Below are positions 49,271-61,224 of a stretch of 64,000 nt of DNA, piece after piece. This stretch comes from Chiloscyllium plagiosum (Eukaryota). The notes under the pieces were generated by a model, which was not told the DNA's origin, did no database searches, and saw only the letters and a program-made list of their open reading frames with translations. Positions within the stretch are counted from its first letter, which is position 1. Every line of letters starts with the position of its first letter. The translations under genes were made by a program, and so were the position numbers. The stretch covers positions 44,706,279-44,770,278 of the forward strand of contig NC_057728.1 of NCBI RefSeq assembly GCF_004010195.1. The letters run 5' to 3'.

Positions 49271-51094
49271 TTTAATCACTACTGGAAGTAGTCACCTTTT
49301 GAACATTTGAGACCTGCCTGCTTGTTCCGAGCAGAATGATTAATTGGCCCTGAAACTGAGGCACCCTCTTCATTCCCAAATCCTTTGGACACTTCGGCTA
49401 GTTTATGTACTAAAAAACATTTTACCCAAGTGCTCTTGTTGGTGACGTGGACAAAGGGTAATGGAATTCAGTTTGTAGTTCAACGTGAATTTTATTAACA
49501 AAATATTATTAACAAAATATTGTGTGAGCATTTCTCAAATTCCCACAATATTTACTCTCCATCTAGCTCTGTCCATCTGAGAAAGGACATTATCTGCAAA
49601 GATCCATGTGTTTGAGCTGGGCTGTGTAAATCTCCTTCCTCTCCGACAGAGGGCTGGTTCTTTTCCATGAAGATGCATCTCTCAGGTCAGGAGGGATCTT
49701 CTCCTGGATTTTCTTAGGTTGTCACACAATCTTGCTGTGAGTCTTCATTGAAGGGTAGCTTCCAGGTGTGTGTTTTTATTCCTTTCACCCCGACTTTCCT
49801 GAATGTTCCATGTCTTTAGTCAATGGCGTGATGAATGGGGTTAAAAGTATCCAATGGGGTTACACCAACACCCTTTACTATTGCCATGTCAGGGAGGTGG
49901 AAATGCACATTCTCAGGTATTGGCCGGAAGTCAAGGTGTCAGAAGGTCTGATGGATACTTTTCCAATTCAAAAGCCTCAGGCTGGTTGTGACTTGTTCCT
50001 CATGAACTTTTGTGACCTCTTCGACCTTGGTTTCCACTGTTCTCTGTTGCTGATAGCTGCTGGCTGCTATTGAATTTAGTTTGACAAATTTTCTGTTGGG
50101 ACTGATTTCTCCATCTGTGGATCAGTTTAGAATGTCCAATCTTGGGCCCATGTTTGCTCGACCATAAGCCTCAGTAGTGGCCATATTGTGCAATTGTGCA
50201 GTGGTACTGCTGAATTTGCAGAGTTGCTATCACTGTAACTGGGCTGGTACTGAAAGCTGTGGACTCAAATTGGTAACCCTGCTCCTTTCTCCACCGATTG
50301 TGACAGTCCTGCTGAGTTTCTCCAGTGCTTTCTATTTTTATTCCTGACCCTTTTAACTGAAAGCAGCCTAATACTCTTGAATATTTATTCTGTTCCCTTG
50401 TAAAACTCTCCAAATACAAACAAATTCCCCTTATCACAATAGGACTCTCTCCAGTACTGATTTCCAAACAAAAACAATAGCACTATCAGAAATACTGATA
50501 AATTTATTCTTAAACTTTTCATATACACAAACCAAAACCAACAAAGCCCACTAAAATATGTATCAATCACAAACCTTAAATTACATTTACATGGTGCTTT
50601 TTATAATAAGCAAACTTTTATCTTATTTAAGATTGCAACTTTGCTGCAGATTATTTTTAAATAAAATCAATAACAAATTAAAACAGAGCTATATACATAA
50701 AAGTACATAAATTCTTCCACTTCAAGGAAACATCTTGTATGCAGTCGTAACAATACACATGAAAATTGTGGCTACATTTTACATGGAATAACGCAACATT
50801 CCTTTGGGAAATATTCTTTGATATAACTCAAATGAAATGTTAAGATTTTCCAGAATGAAATCAATCAAATCAAATTTAAAGTTAAAGCTCATGATTGACT
50901 TTTGCCTTCATTATGGATAATAGTGACAATACCAGAAAATCATAGCAATTTCTCAATACAGCAGAAATCTGCAAGGGTCACAACTATTTCACATTTTGAA
51001 GTTGAGCAGCAGACTGTTTTGGTGGAACACATCACATAGCAACCAGCCATTGATTGCATGATTGGACAGCATTGAAACTCAATACTAAAAACAC

Positions 51095-51430
51095 AAGAAA
51101 TGTATGTAATAGTAGACCATGTGGCATTTTGGACTTGCTCACCCATTCAGTGCGATCATGGCTGATCCTGGGCTACAACTGCATTCTTCCTCCCACTACA
51201 CATCCCCTGATTCTCTGAGAGACTGTGCATCTCTGTATCCCAGCCTTAAATATATCCAGTGATGTGATCTTCAGAAATTTGTTGGGCAGAGGATTTCAAA
51301 GGTTCGCAATCATTTGAGGAAAGTGATTTCTCCTCAGCTCAGTCTGAATTGACTGGCCACTTATCATGAAACTGTGTTCTTGACCCCCACCCCATGTCTA
51401 CCTTTACCTTATCAAGTCTCTTCAGGATTA
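51095..51430 (-). mobile_element. Old CR1 3' end
   Basis: Antisense 3' UTR ccattcagtgcgatcatggctgatc, as in the other old CR1 ends in this window. Confidence 0.5.
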
Positions 51431-51697
51431 ACAATGCAAGTGTCACATCATGAAACAAAATTAAGGAGAAAAAGCCACAACAGTAGTCGGGAGCTTTAAA
51501 AAAATTGTTGAGACTTCCAGAGATTAAAGAAGGCAGAAACTGCCAAACTGAACATATTATTAGAGAATTATGCTCTACTTTCTACACTGTATATTCAGCT
51601 ATTAATGCTCATATAGACCTAGGCATTTTGGTGGGGGGGTAGGGGAAATTGTTGGTGGAGATGGACTTCTGCCTGCCACTGAGCTGTTTCTTGACCC

Positions 51698-53815
51698 TGG
51701 TAAAAACACAGACTGGAGATTAGAGTCTAGATTAGAGTGGTGTTGGAAAAGGATATCAGGTCAGGCAGCATCTGAGGAGCAGGAAAATCGACGTTTCAGA
51801 AAAAGTCCTTCAACAGGAATAGAGACAGGGTGCCTACAGAATGGAGAGATAGATGAGAGGAGGGTGGGGCTGGGGGTGGGGAGAAAGTAGCATAGAGTAC
51901 AATAGGTGAATGGGGTGGGGATGGAGGTTATAGGTCAGAGAGGAGGGAGGAGTGGATAGGTGGAAAGGAAGATAGGCCAGTAGGACAAGTCATGAGGGCA
52001 GTGCTGAGCTGGAACTGGGGTGAGGTGGGGGAAGAGGAAATGAGAAAACGGGTGAAGTCCACGTTAAGGCCCTGAGGTTGAAGAGTTCCGAGGCAGAAGA
52101 TGAGGCGTTCTTCCTCCAGGCGTCGGTTGGTGAGGGAACAGTGGTGAAGGAGGCCCAGGATCTCCATATCCTCAGGAGAGTGGGAGGGGGAGTTGAAATG
52201 TTGGGCCACAGGGCGTGGGGTTGATTGGTACAGGTGTCGCAGAGATGTTCCCTAAAGCGCTCTGTGAGGAGGCGTCCAGTCTCCCCAATGTAGAGGAGAC
52301 CTCATCGGGAGCAACGGATGCAATAAATGATATTAGTGGATGTGCAGGTAAAACTTTGATGGATGTGGAAGGCTCCTTTGGGGCCTTGAATGGTGGTGAG
52401 GGAGGAGGTGTGGGCGCAGGTTTTGCTATTCCTGCAGTGGCAGGGGAAGGTGCCAGGATGGGANNNNNNNNNNNNNNNNNNNNNNNNNNNNNNNNNNNNN
52501 NNNNNNNNNNNNNNNNNNNNNNNNNNNNNNNNNNNNNNNNNNNNNNNNNNNNNNNNNNNNNNNNNNNNNNNNNNNNNNNNNNNNNNNNNNNNNNNNNNNN
52601 NNNNNNNNNNNNNNNNNNNNNNNNNNNNNNNNNNNNNNNNNNNNNNNNNNNNNNNNNNNNNNNNNNNNNNNNNNNNNNNNNNNNNNNNNNNNNNNNNNNN
52701 NNNNNNNNNNNNNNNNNNNNNNNNNNNNNNNNNNNNNNNNNNNNNNNNNNNNNNNNNNNNNNNNNNNNNNNNNNNNNNNNNNNNNNNNNNNNNNNNNNNN
52801 NNNNNNNNNNNNNNNNNNNNNNNNNNNNNNNNNNNNNNNNNNNNNNNNNNNNNNNNNNNNNNNNNNNNNNNNNNNNNNNNNNNNNNNNNNNNNNNNNNNN
52901 NNNNNNNNNNNNNNNNNNNNNNNNNNNNNNNNNNNNNNNNNNNNNNNNNNNNNNNNNNNNNNNNNNNNNNNNNNNNNNNNNNNNNNNNNNNNNNNNNNNN
53001 NNNNNNNNNNNNNNNNNNNNNNNNNNNNNNNNNNNNNNNNNNNNNNNNNNNNNNNNNNNNNNNNNNNNNNNNNNNNNNNNNNNNNNNNNNNNNNNNNNNN
53101 NNNNNNNNNNNNNNNNNNNNNNNNNNNNNNNNNNNNNNTGAGGTTCTGTATGGTCTGGGAGATGATGGGGTGGTGGGGGGGTGGGGTCATGGTCGAGGGG
53201 GTGGTAGGAGGAGGTGTCTTCGAGTTGGCGTTTGGATTCCGCGGTGTAGAGGTCAGCGCACCAAATTACCACTGCACCTCCTTTATCTGCTAGCTTGATG
53301 GTGAGGTTGGGATTGGAGCAGAGGGAGTGGAGGGCAGCACGTTGTGAGGGTGAGAGGTTGGAGTGTGGGAGGGGGTAGACAGGGTGGTAGGAGGAGGTGT
53401 CTTCGAGTTGGCGTTTGGATTCCGCGGTGTAGAGGTCAGCGCACCAAATTACCACTGCACCTCCTTTATCTGCTAGCTTGATGGTGAGGTTGGGATTGGA
53501 GCAGAGGGAGTGGAGGGCAGCACGTTGTGAGGGTGAGAGGTTGGAGTGTGGGAGGGGGTAGACAGGTTGAGGCAATTAATGTCTTGGCGGCAGTTGGAAA
53601 TGAAGAGATCGAGGGCGGGTAATAGGCCAGCACAGGGTGTCCAGGTAGATGGAGTGTGTTGGAGGTGAGTGAAGGGGTCCTCAGAAGGTGGGCGGGAGTC
53701 CTGATTGTAAAAGTAAGCTCAGAGACGGAGACAGGGGAAGAAGTGTTCGATGTCACAGCATGTATTCAATTCATTGATGCGTGGGCGGAGGGAGATGACC
53801 CTGAATGACCTTTAG
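51698..53815 (-). mobile_element. Neptune-type PLE (family A) with N-gap
   Basis: N-terminal LTIKLADKGGAVV (DKG motif), GIY-YIG region, RRLEEERLIFCLGTLQPQGLN, pLTR at 51698-51822. Confidence 0.9.
53199..53564. repeat. Exact 183-bp tandem duplication inside the PLE ORF
   Basis: 53199-53381 repeats as 53382-53564. The ORF track shows the 61-aa peptide twice. Confidence 0.92.
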
Positions 53816-54073
53816 CCCCGACATCATCTGTGCATTGGTGGTAGATGTTGTGTTGGAAAGTCATGTGCACTGGGTCAGAAACTTGCAATGGTAGACCTTT
53901 GGAAGCTTGCATAAAGGGAGAAGGAGATGGCTTTGTAGGTCACTAACAAAAAAAAGATGCCTTTTAAATTCTAAAATATTTTAAATTTGCTTCTGGGACT
54001 CATATTCTGAGTGATTGTACATGTGGAAAAATACTGCCCAAATTTCCTAAGTTTTTATCTCTTTCTCCTGCCA

Positions 54074-54170
54074 AATTCCTGTGAAGGGCTTATTCCCGAA
54101 ATGTCGATTCTCCTGCTTCTTGGCTGCTGCCTGACCTGCTGTGCTTTTCCAGAACCATCCCTTTTGACTT
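54074..54170 (+). mobile_element. Solo family A pLTR without tail
   Basis: attcctgtgaagggcttattcccgaaatgtcgattctcctgc... Confidence 0.8.
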
Positions 54171-55131
54171 TGAATGCTGGATGCCAACTCATATTAGGTA
54201 TCCAGGTTTCCAGTATTCAGATCTGTCCAATTCCACAGACATTGCATTTCTCATGTTACACTGTGATTTCCAAGGATATGTTCCATGCAGGAAAGCACCT
54301 TTTTGGTTAATGGAGAGGAGAGTCTGAGTGAAGTTTATCACTGAAAACATATCCAGCTTGTACATCCTTATTCTACGGGAATCAGGCAGGAGAGCCCTGC
54401 AGAGCATGTATGATATTTTACTGACACTTGGTAGAGCTTTCAATCTTTAATCTGTTATGTGCAGCTGTCTGACTGCACCATCCAGCACTGTGCTATTGCC
54501 ATCTGCAGGGGAACATTAATCCAATCAACTCAGTAATTGTGATTGCATATAAGAAATAATGTTCATTCATGTTTTTAGAGACTGATATGAGTAGTATCAA
54601 ATTGGAACCTATTTTACATCTTGATGAAGTCATTGTAAATAAAACAAAACAATACAGTGTGTTGCTGATTCTCTGTCAGTCATTTTGTGCTGTTGCACAA
54701 AACGCTATCTTCATAATTTTAAATGTTGAAGTTACATTTTAAGCTTTGTCTAATAGAAATACGAAAAAGTGCTCTCTTGTAAGAACGACATATTTTTTTC
54801 CAGTTCTAGTTGGGCTGGTGCCATTTCAGTGGTCGGAAAAATTATTATCCGTTTGTGGTCGTGGAGGACTCAATATTTCTAAAAGTGATTTTCAAAAGTA
54901 TTCAGGAGAAGTTAGTACATTACTGATGTTGGGGTGTTGCCAATTTATGATCCCAGGTCAGACTGTGAAATTCTTATCATCTGGCAAGGGATCAGCAAAC
55001 TTTTTCAAAAATAGGCAAAATGTGAGAACAAGGCACTTAGAAAATAAAGCCACAAATTCCACAGTTTTGAACAAGGAGCAAATACAAATTTAGAACAGTA
55101 GTATACTTTGTTTATATGGTTTATATTCTAG

Positions 55132-57013
55132 GATGTAGGTTCGCGCGCTGAGCTGAAAGGTTCATTTCCAGACATCTCATTACCTTACTAGGTAACAACT
55201 TCAGTGGAACTCACACAAAGCAACACTGAAACTTCCTGCTTTCTATTTATATTTTTGGGGTTCTTTGGGTTGGTGATGTCATTTCCTGTGGTGAAGTCAC
55301 TTCCTGTTCCTCTTCTCAGGGGGTGGTAGATAGGGTCGAACTTGATGTGTTTGTTGATAAAGTTCTGGTTGGAATGCCATGCATCTAGGAATTCTCATGC
55401 ATGTCTTTGTTTGGCTTGTCTTTGAATGGATGTATTGTCCCAGTCGAAGTGGTGTCCTTCCTCATCCGTACATGAGGACACTAGTGAGAGAGGGTCATGT
55501 CTTTTTGTGACTAGTTGGTGTTCATGTATTCTGGTGGCTAGTTTTCTGCCTGTTTATCTAATGTATTATTTGTTACAGTCCTTGCACGGTACTTTGTAAA
55601 TGACATTAGTTTTGCTCATTGTCTGTATAGGGTCTTTCAAGTTCATTAGCTGCTGTTTTAGTGTGTTGGTGGGTTTGTGGGTTACCATGATGCCAAGGGG
55701 TCTGAGTAATCTGGCAGTCATTTCTGAGATGTCTTTGATGTAGAGGAGAGTGGCTAAGGTTTCTGGATGTGTTTTGTCTGCTTGTTTGGGTTTGTTGCTG
55801 AGAAATCAGCGGACTGTGTTCATTGGGTACCCATTCTTTTTGAATACATTGTATAGGTGATTTTCCTCTGCTCTGCATAGTTCCTTTGTGCTGCAGTGTG
55901 TATTGGCTCATTGAAATAATGTTCTGATGCAGCTTCATTTGTGGGTGTTGGGATGATTGCTTCTGTAGTTCAATTTTGGTCTGTATGTGTTTTTTTCTGT
56001 AGATGCTGGTTTGAAGTTCCCCATTGGCTGTTCACTCTACTGTGACATCTAGGAATGGCAGTTTGTTGTTTTCCTCCTCTATAGTGAATTTTATTCCAGT
56101 AAGGGTATTATTGATGGTCTTGAAGGTTTCCTCTAACTTGTTTCGTTTAGTGATGACAAAGGTGTCATCCACATAACGGACCCAAAGTTTGGGTTCGATG
56201 GTTGGCAGAGCTGTTTGCTCAAGTCTCTGCATTACTGCCTCTGCTAAGAACCCTGATATCAGAGATCCCATGGGTGTTCCGTTGGTTTATCTGTAAGTTT
56301 TGTTGTTGAAGGTGAAGTGGGTGGTAAGGCATAGGTCCACTAGCTTGATGATATTCTCCTTGATGATGAAGTTAGTGGTGTTTGGTGTCTGTGTCTTTGG
56401 GTCTTCTAATAATGTAGTCAGTGTTTCCTTGGCCAGGTTAATGTTGATTGACGTAACCAGGGCTGTTATATCAAAAGAAACTACTATTTCATCCTCTTCT
56501 ATCTTAGTGCCTTTGATGGTCTTCAGGAATTCTTAGGTGGAGTGGATGGAGTGGCGTGAGCCTTCTACTAAATGTTTTAGTCTTTGATGTAGCTCCTTGG
56601 CCTATCTGTACATTGATGTTCCAGGCAGCGAGACTATGGGTCTGAGGGGGGCTCCTGGTTTGTGAACTTTAGATAATCCGTAGAAGCGTGGTGTGTTGGA
56701 TCCGTCTGGTTTCATTTTTTGGAAGTCGGTCAACAAACACATCAAGTTAGACCCCATCTACCACCCCCTGAGAAAAGGAACAGGAAGTGACTTCACCACC
56801 GGAAATAACATCACCACAGGAAATGACATCACCAACCCAAAGAAACCCAAACATATAAATAGAAAGCAGGAAGTTTCAGCATTGCTTCTCATAAGGTCCA
56901 CTGAAAATGTTGCCTAGTAAGATAATGAAACGTTTGGAAATGAACCTTTCAGTTCAGTGAGCAAACCTACATCCAAAACATCAACTGAGCTACAAATCTT
57001 CTCAAAACTTGCT
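55132..57013. mobile_element. Poseidon-type PLE: minus arm (pLTR, GIY-YIG, RT; 55132-~56715) and inverted plus pLTR with tail (~56729-57013)
   Basis: PRFYGL.KVHK, SFDITAL, MGSLISGFLAE..WVRYVDDTFVI..LPFLDV. TSD gtttatatt(c/a)tag at 55119-55131 and 57016-57028. Confidence 0.92.
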
Positions 57014-57279
57014 AAGTTTATATTATAGTATACAGAATTACCATGACATAAGTATGAATCCAAAACATTGTGATCATCCACCCCACAGAGCACATCAAAT
57101 AGCAAATGCAATCAAAATAGAACCCATACATATCTCAGCAAGGTGTTGGTGACACAATAGGTCATGAAGACTAATTAAAACTTCCCAAGGGATTAGAATT
57201 CTTCACAGTTGAGCATCTTGCCTCAAGATTCTCCAAGGAGCTGCTTTTTCATTGACTGCTTTAATGACTGTTGGCATAC

Positions 57280-57770
57280 TCCCTGCTAAAGGAATAATAT
57301 GGTTCAACTTAAAAGGATTCAGAAAGAGTTTACAAGGATGTTGCCAGGGTTGGAGTGTTTGAGCTGTAGGGAAAGGTTGCATAGGCCGGGGCTATTTTAC
57401 CTGGCGCGTTGGAGGCTGAGGGGTGACCTTATAGAAGTTTATAAAATCATGAGGGGCATGGATAGTCCATGTCTTTTCCCCAAGGTAGTGGAGTCCAAAA
57501 CTAGAAGGCATAGGTTTAGGGTGAGAGGGGAAAGATTTCAACGGAACCAAAGGGGCAACGTTTTCACACAGATGGTGGTACATGTATGGAATGAGCTGTC
57601 AGAAGGAGTGATGGAGGCTGGTATAATTACAGCATTTAAAAGGCATCTGGATGGGTATATAAAGAGGAAGGGTTCAGAGTGATATGGGCCAAATGCTGAC
57701 AAATGGGACTAAATTAATGTAGGATATCCCGTCGGCACAGATGAGTTGGACTGAAAGATTTGCTTTCAGG
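57280..57770 (+). mobile_element. CR1 3' fragment
   Basis: FTRMLPGLE..RLRGDLIEVYKIMRG..FTQMVVHVWNEL. Confidence 0.85.
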
Positions 57771-59950
57771 ATCTATGGCCCACCTTTCATGGGATTATGC
57801 ATTCCTGAATTCTAGAAACTTCACCCCAAAATTTAATTCCAGGTGCAAATCTAGTTTTTCACTGATTGCTTTATCATATTAGGACTGCCCTTGCTTTTAG
57901 ATATTGACTGAATTGACCTGTTCAGAGATGTTATTTTGTACCTCTGGAGTACGTGGGACTTGAATCTGGACCCTCCTGCCTTTGCTTTCTTTTTATAAAT
58001 CCAGAAGTGCTTTTACTGCATTCCCACCACTAAATCATTGTGACCTTTTATTTTGTTTTTAACTATTAACTGCCAATAATAAATCATTCAGCTAATTAGA
58101 AATTTGCATGCAAAACCCATGATGGCCAATGCAAACCATCAAAGTGAAGGAGGGGTAGGGAGAGAAGAAAGGGACTAAATCAAAATTGACTTGTGGGAGG
58201 AAATACAGCACTGTCCCTATTCTAATCAACTTGTTCAGAGATATTATTACATGTCTCATCTGCTGCAGTGATTTGAATCTGGGCCTCTTATTCTAAGGGT
58301 AGGGAGACTACCACTGCACCACAAGAAGATCCTAAATGCATTATTCCCTGATTTCTAATCTGGCTCAGATGCATCAAATGGCTAAGGCCTAATGGCACAG
58401 AACAATCAAAGTATTTTTAGTTTTTTTTCCTGAGTCCTAACACAACCAACAAGTATACCTCAGTTCCCTTATAGCAGCCTAGCTCAACATCAATGATTCT
58501 TAACATGTAACCTGTTTCTGACTGTTTCTTTAACACAGACTATCTGTAATCTTTGAACAGCTTTTCTGTGACCTTGAACTATTGAGTGATCTATTGAAAA
58601 CTTTGCAACATGCCTCACACTTGGGCATTACTAAGCCACATTGGAACACCTGATTCCCTGAATGTTTCAGTTGACAGGTTGCTAGCTTCGACAGAGATCA
58701 AATGGCTACAACAAAAAGAAGGAATTCATCATGCATCATGGGAAACAATGATAGCAATAACAACGATATTATGTAAACTATGAAAGAACTGCTTAACATT
58801 CAAAACATAAAACATTACTTTTACGATATGGCAGAATAATGGAAAAAGTATTTAAAGAATAGCAGCAATTCTGAATAGTCATTACTTTTTGTTGGCATAT
58901 AACCCTTGCTGCATAACTAATTGAAGTTGATTATGATTTTCCAAGCACTTTTATGATATTTTTGGCAACGTTAAGATGAGTTATCATGTGAATACCATAA
59001 CAAATTGCATTCATATAGTGCCCTTAATAAAGCAAAATACCTCCAAATGCTTCACAGAAATGTAATCAGACAGAAATGGATGCCAAGCTAAACTCAAGAC
59101 CATATGGCCTGAATTGTTGAAGGCATGGCTGCAAATGATGAGTATTACAACCAAATCCAGAGGGATAAATAAATTCCTTTTTTTTCTTTCCCAAGGTTCA
59201 TAATGACAGAGTTCATTTTTGTTTTTAAAATGTGACTTTTTAAAAATTTAGTATGAACTTGACCATGTAAATCTATATTAAAAAAAGTCAGCGAAATCTT
59301 TTCAGGTAGTAATTAAGGGGTTCATCTTGTTAGTAAGACTCACTTAGTTAAAAAAAATATAACCATTATTAAAAGGTACAACTCATCCTGAAGGCTGCAG
59401 CATTTAAGTAAACACTAGAATACAAAAACAAAGCAGGTTAGAGGATGGGGGAGGTGGAATGTAAAAATTAAAGTCTATAAGAGAAATAAGACATATATTC
59501 TTTGTTGATGATCTTGAAATCTCAGTTGTATAGCAGCAAATGCAAACTGTTGTTTTCTTTTTAACTTACAAAACTCTTTTAAACAGCAATCCAGCCTACT
59601 CAAATGAGATACTAAGGAATCTGGAATTCCTTTTTGAATAAAATTTTCTATCTTTTGTGATGTATTCCAAAACACAACTGAGATGCATCTGAATTTTTAA
59701 AATCTCTTGGGACAGAACTGTTGCATTCATGCTGCCCTGTCTGCCTTGTCTTTTATCCAGTGATCCCCTGCTCTTCCTCTCATCGGTTATGCAGATTCTT
59801 CAGCGGTTTTCTTGTGCAATCATGTGGCAGGAAAGGAGGAAGTGCTCACCACTTCTGGGACTTTCATATTGCTGGGACCACATTTAATAACCAGCTGCGC
59901 ACTGCTTTAGCTGCTGGTGAGCTATCCTCATTCTGTGGTGCTGGACCATT

Positions 59951-60960
59951 ATGGCACAGAAAGGAGTGCTACCTCCCTGCTTTGTGGCCTGAGAACTGGA
60001 AAAGCTGGTGATTGGGTTGGTGAAGAGGAGGACCGTTTGTTTTTCCAGTCTTAGGAGGGTCTGCCGCCAGATCAGGCCATCCTGGACCCAGATAATAGCA
60101 TGGGTCAGCACTGCATGCTTATTGAAGTCGAACGCCCAGCAGTGTGGAAAGAAGCTCATTGACGTTCTGCAACTGTAAGTCCCACCATCTTCTTTCTGCT
60201 ACCTCAAACGCACAGGGCCAAGACTCTCTCTAACTCTGCCATTGTACACACACTTCATCAAGGCTTATAGATTGCCTTTGCAAGCATTATGTGCACTTCA
60301 TGGCTGTCATCCACCTCGTTCAGCCAAACAACTAATGTTCCCTGCACTCCGGACTTCCGACTCACTCAATACTGCCATCTCAACACCGCTCCTGCTCAAG
60401 AATCACCACTAACTGATCTTCCAACCACATCCATCATATTCAATACCTCCATTTGTCTCATGGTATGGAAAATGAGTCCACAAAGGAACTGAGACGCCCA
60501 AGATTAGTGGACATTGGTTGGACATTCGGTTCCTCAATCTCTTAGAGGAGAAATTTCCAAACTTGCCAGAGAAGAGCATGACCATTCATGTTAGAACAAA
60601 GAGACCTCAATGGTTTGATTGTGTGTTCCTGCACTGTTCCCCCATTACCACCAGTGCTAACTCATTCTTAGCCTGCACAAACTTATATCTCTCTTACACA
60701 AATAATTCCCTCTCTGCTGTATGTAGACACCAGAAGCGCTCAGCAAACCTTAATGAAAAGACTGACCCTGGAGACCCTCAGCTCTACCACCATCTACAAT
60801 GCAGAAGTCGCTGAATCCTCAGAGGATACATCACAAAGCTTTCTCCCACATCCTCGACTGACTTAGAGACAAGCATCTCAGTGGGTACTCTTCCTAGATT
60901 AGAGTTGGCAGCACAAATCCACCTGCCAATTTCTCTGACAGTCAGAAGGCTGCCAGAGAC
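59951..60960 (+). pseudogene. Decayed Myb/SANT-like DNA-binding protein gene of Harbinger-transposon type
   Basis: MAQKGVLPPCFVA*ELEKLVIGLVKRRTVCF..W..I...VS....K.NAQQCGKKLIDV with a GTAAGT donor at 60175. A later segment reads KISGHWLDIRFLNLLEEK, then a Ser/Thr-rich stretch. Confidence 0.65.
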
Positions 60961-61224
60961 CTGACTTTGTTAAAATATACATAGAGGCACTGGAACACCA
61001 GGCAGATTTTTCCAAAGGTGTCTGATAAGTTGGATTGAAAGATGGAAGAGTCCACCAATGTTATCAGTACCATCTGGCTCCAGGGTGTATGCATCTGGAT
61101 GCTCAGTGTCTGCCAGATACACACATTGATCTGCACTCAATTTTGAAGGTGAGATCATTTCAAGGAACTAGGATCTCAATCCAGGTGCTCCTTCATCTCA
61201 TGTGTTGGCAGGCACTGATTAGGA

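Noticed and set aside
51698..54170. pLTR at 54074 as the inverted partner arm of the PLE at 51698
   Set aside because: Diagnostic bases differ (ttat loop and gattctcc versus gattttcc), ~260 bp of unrelated DNA intervenes and no TSD was found.
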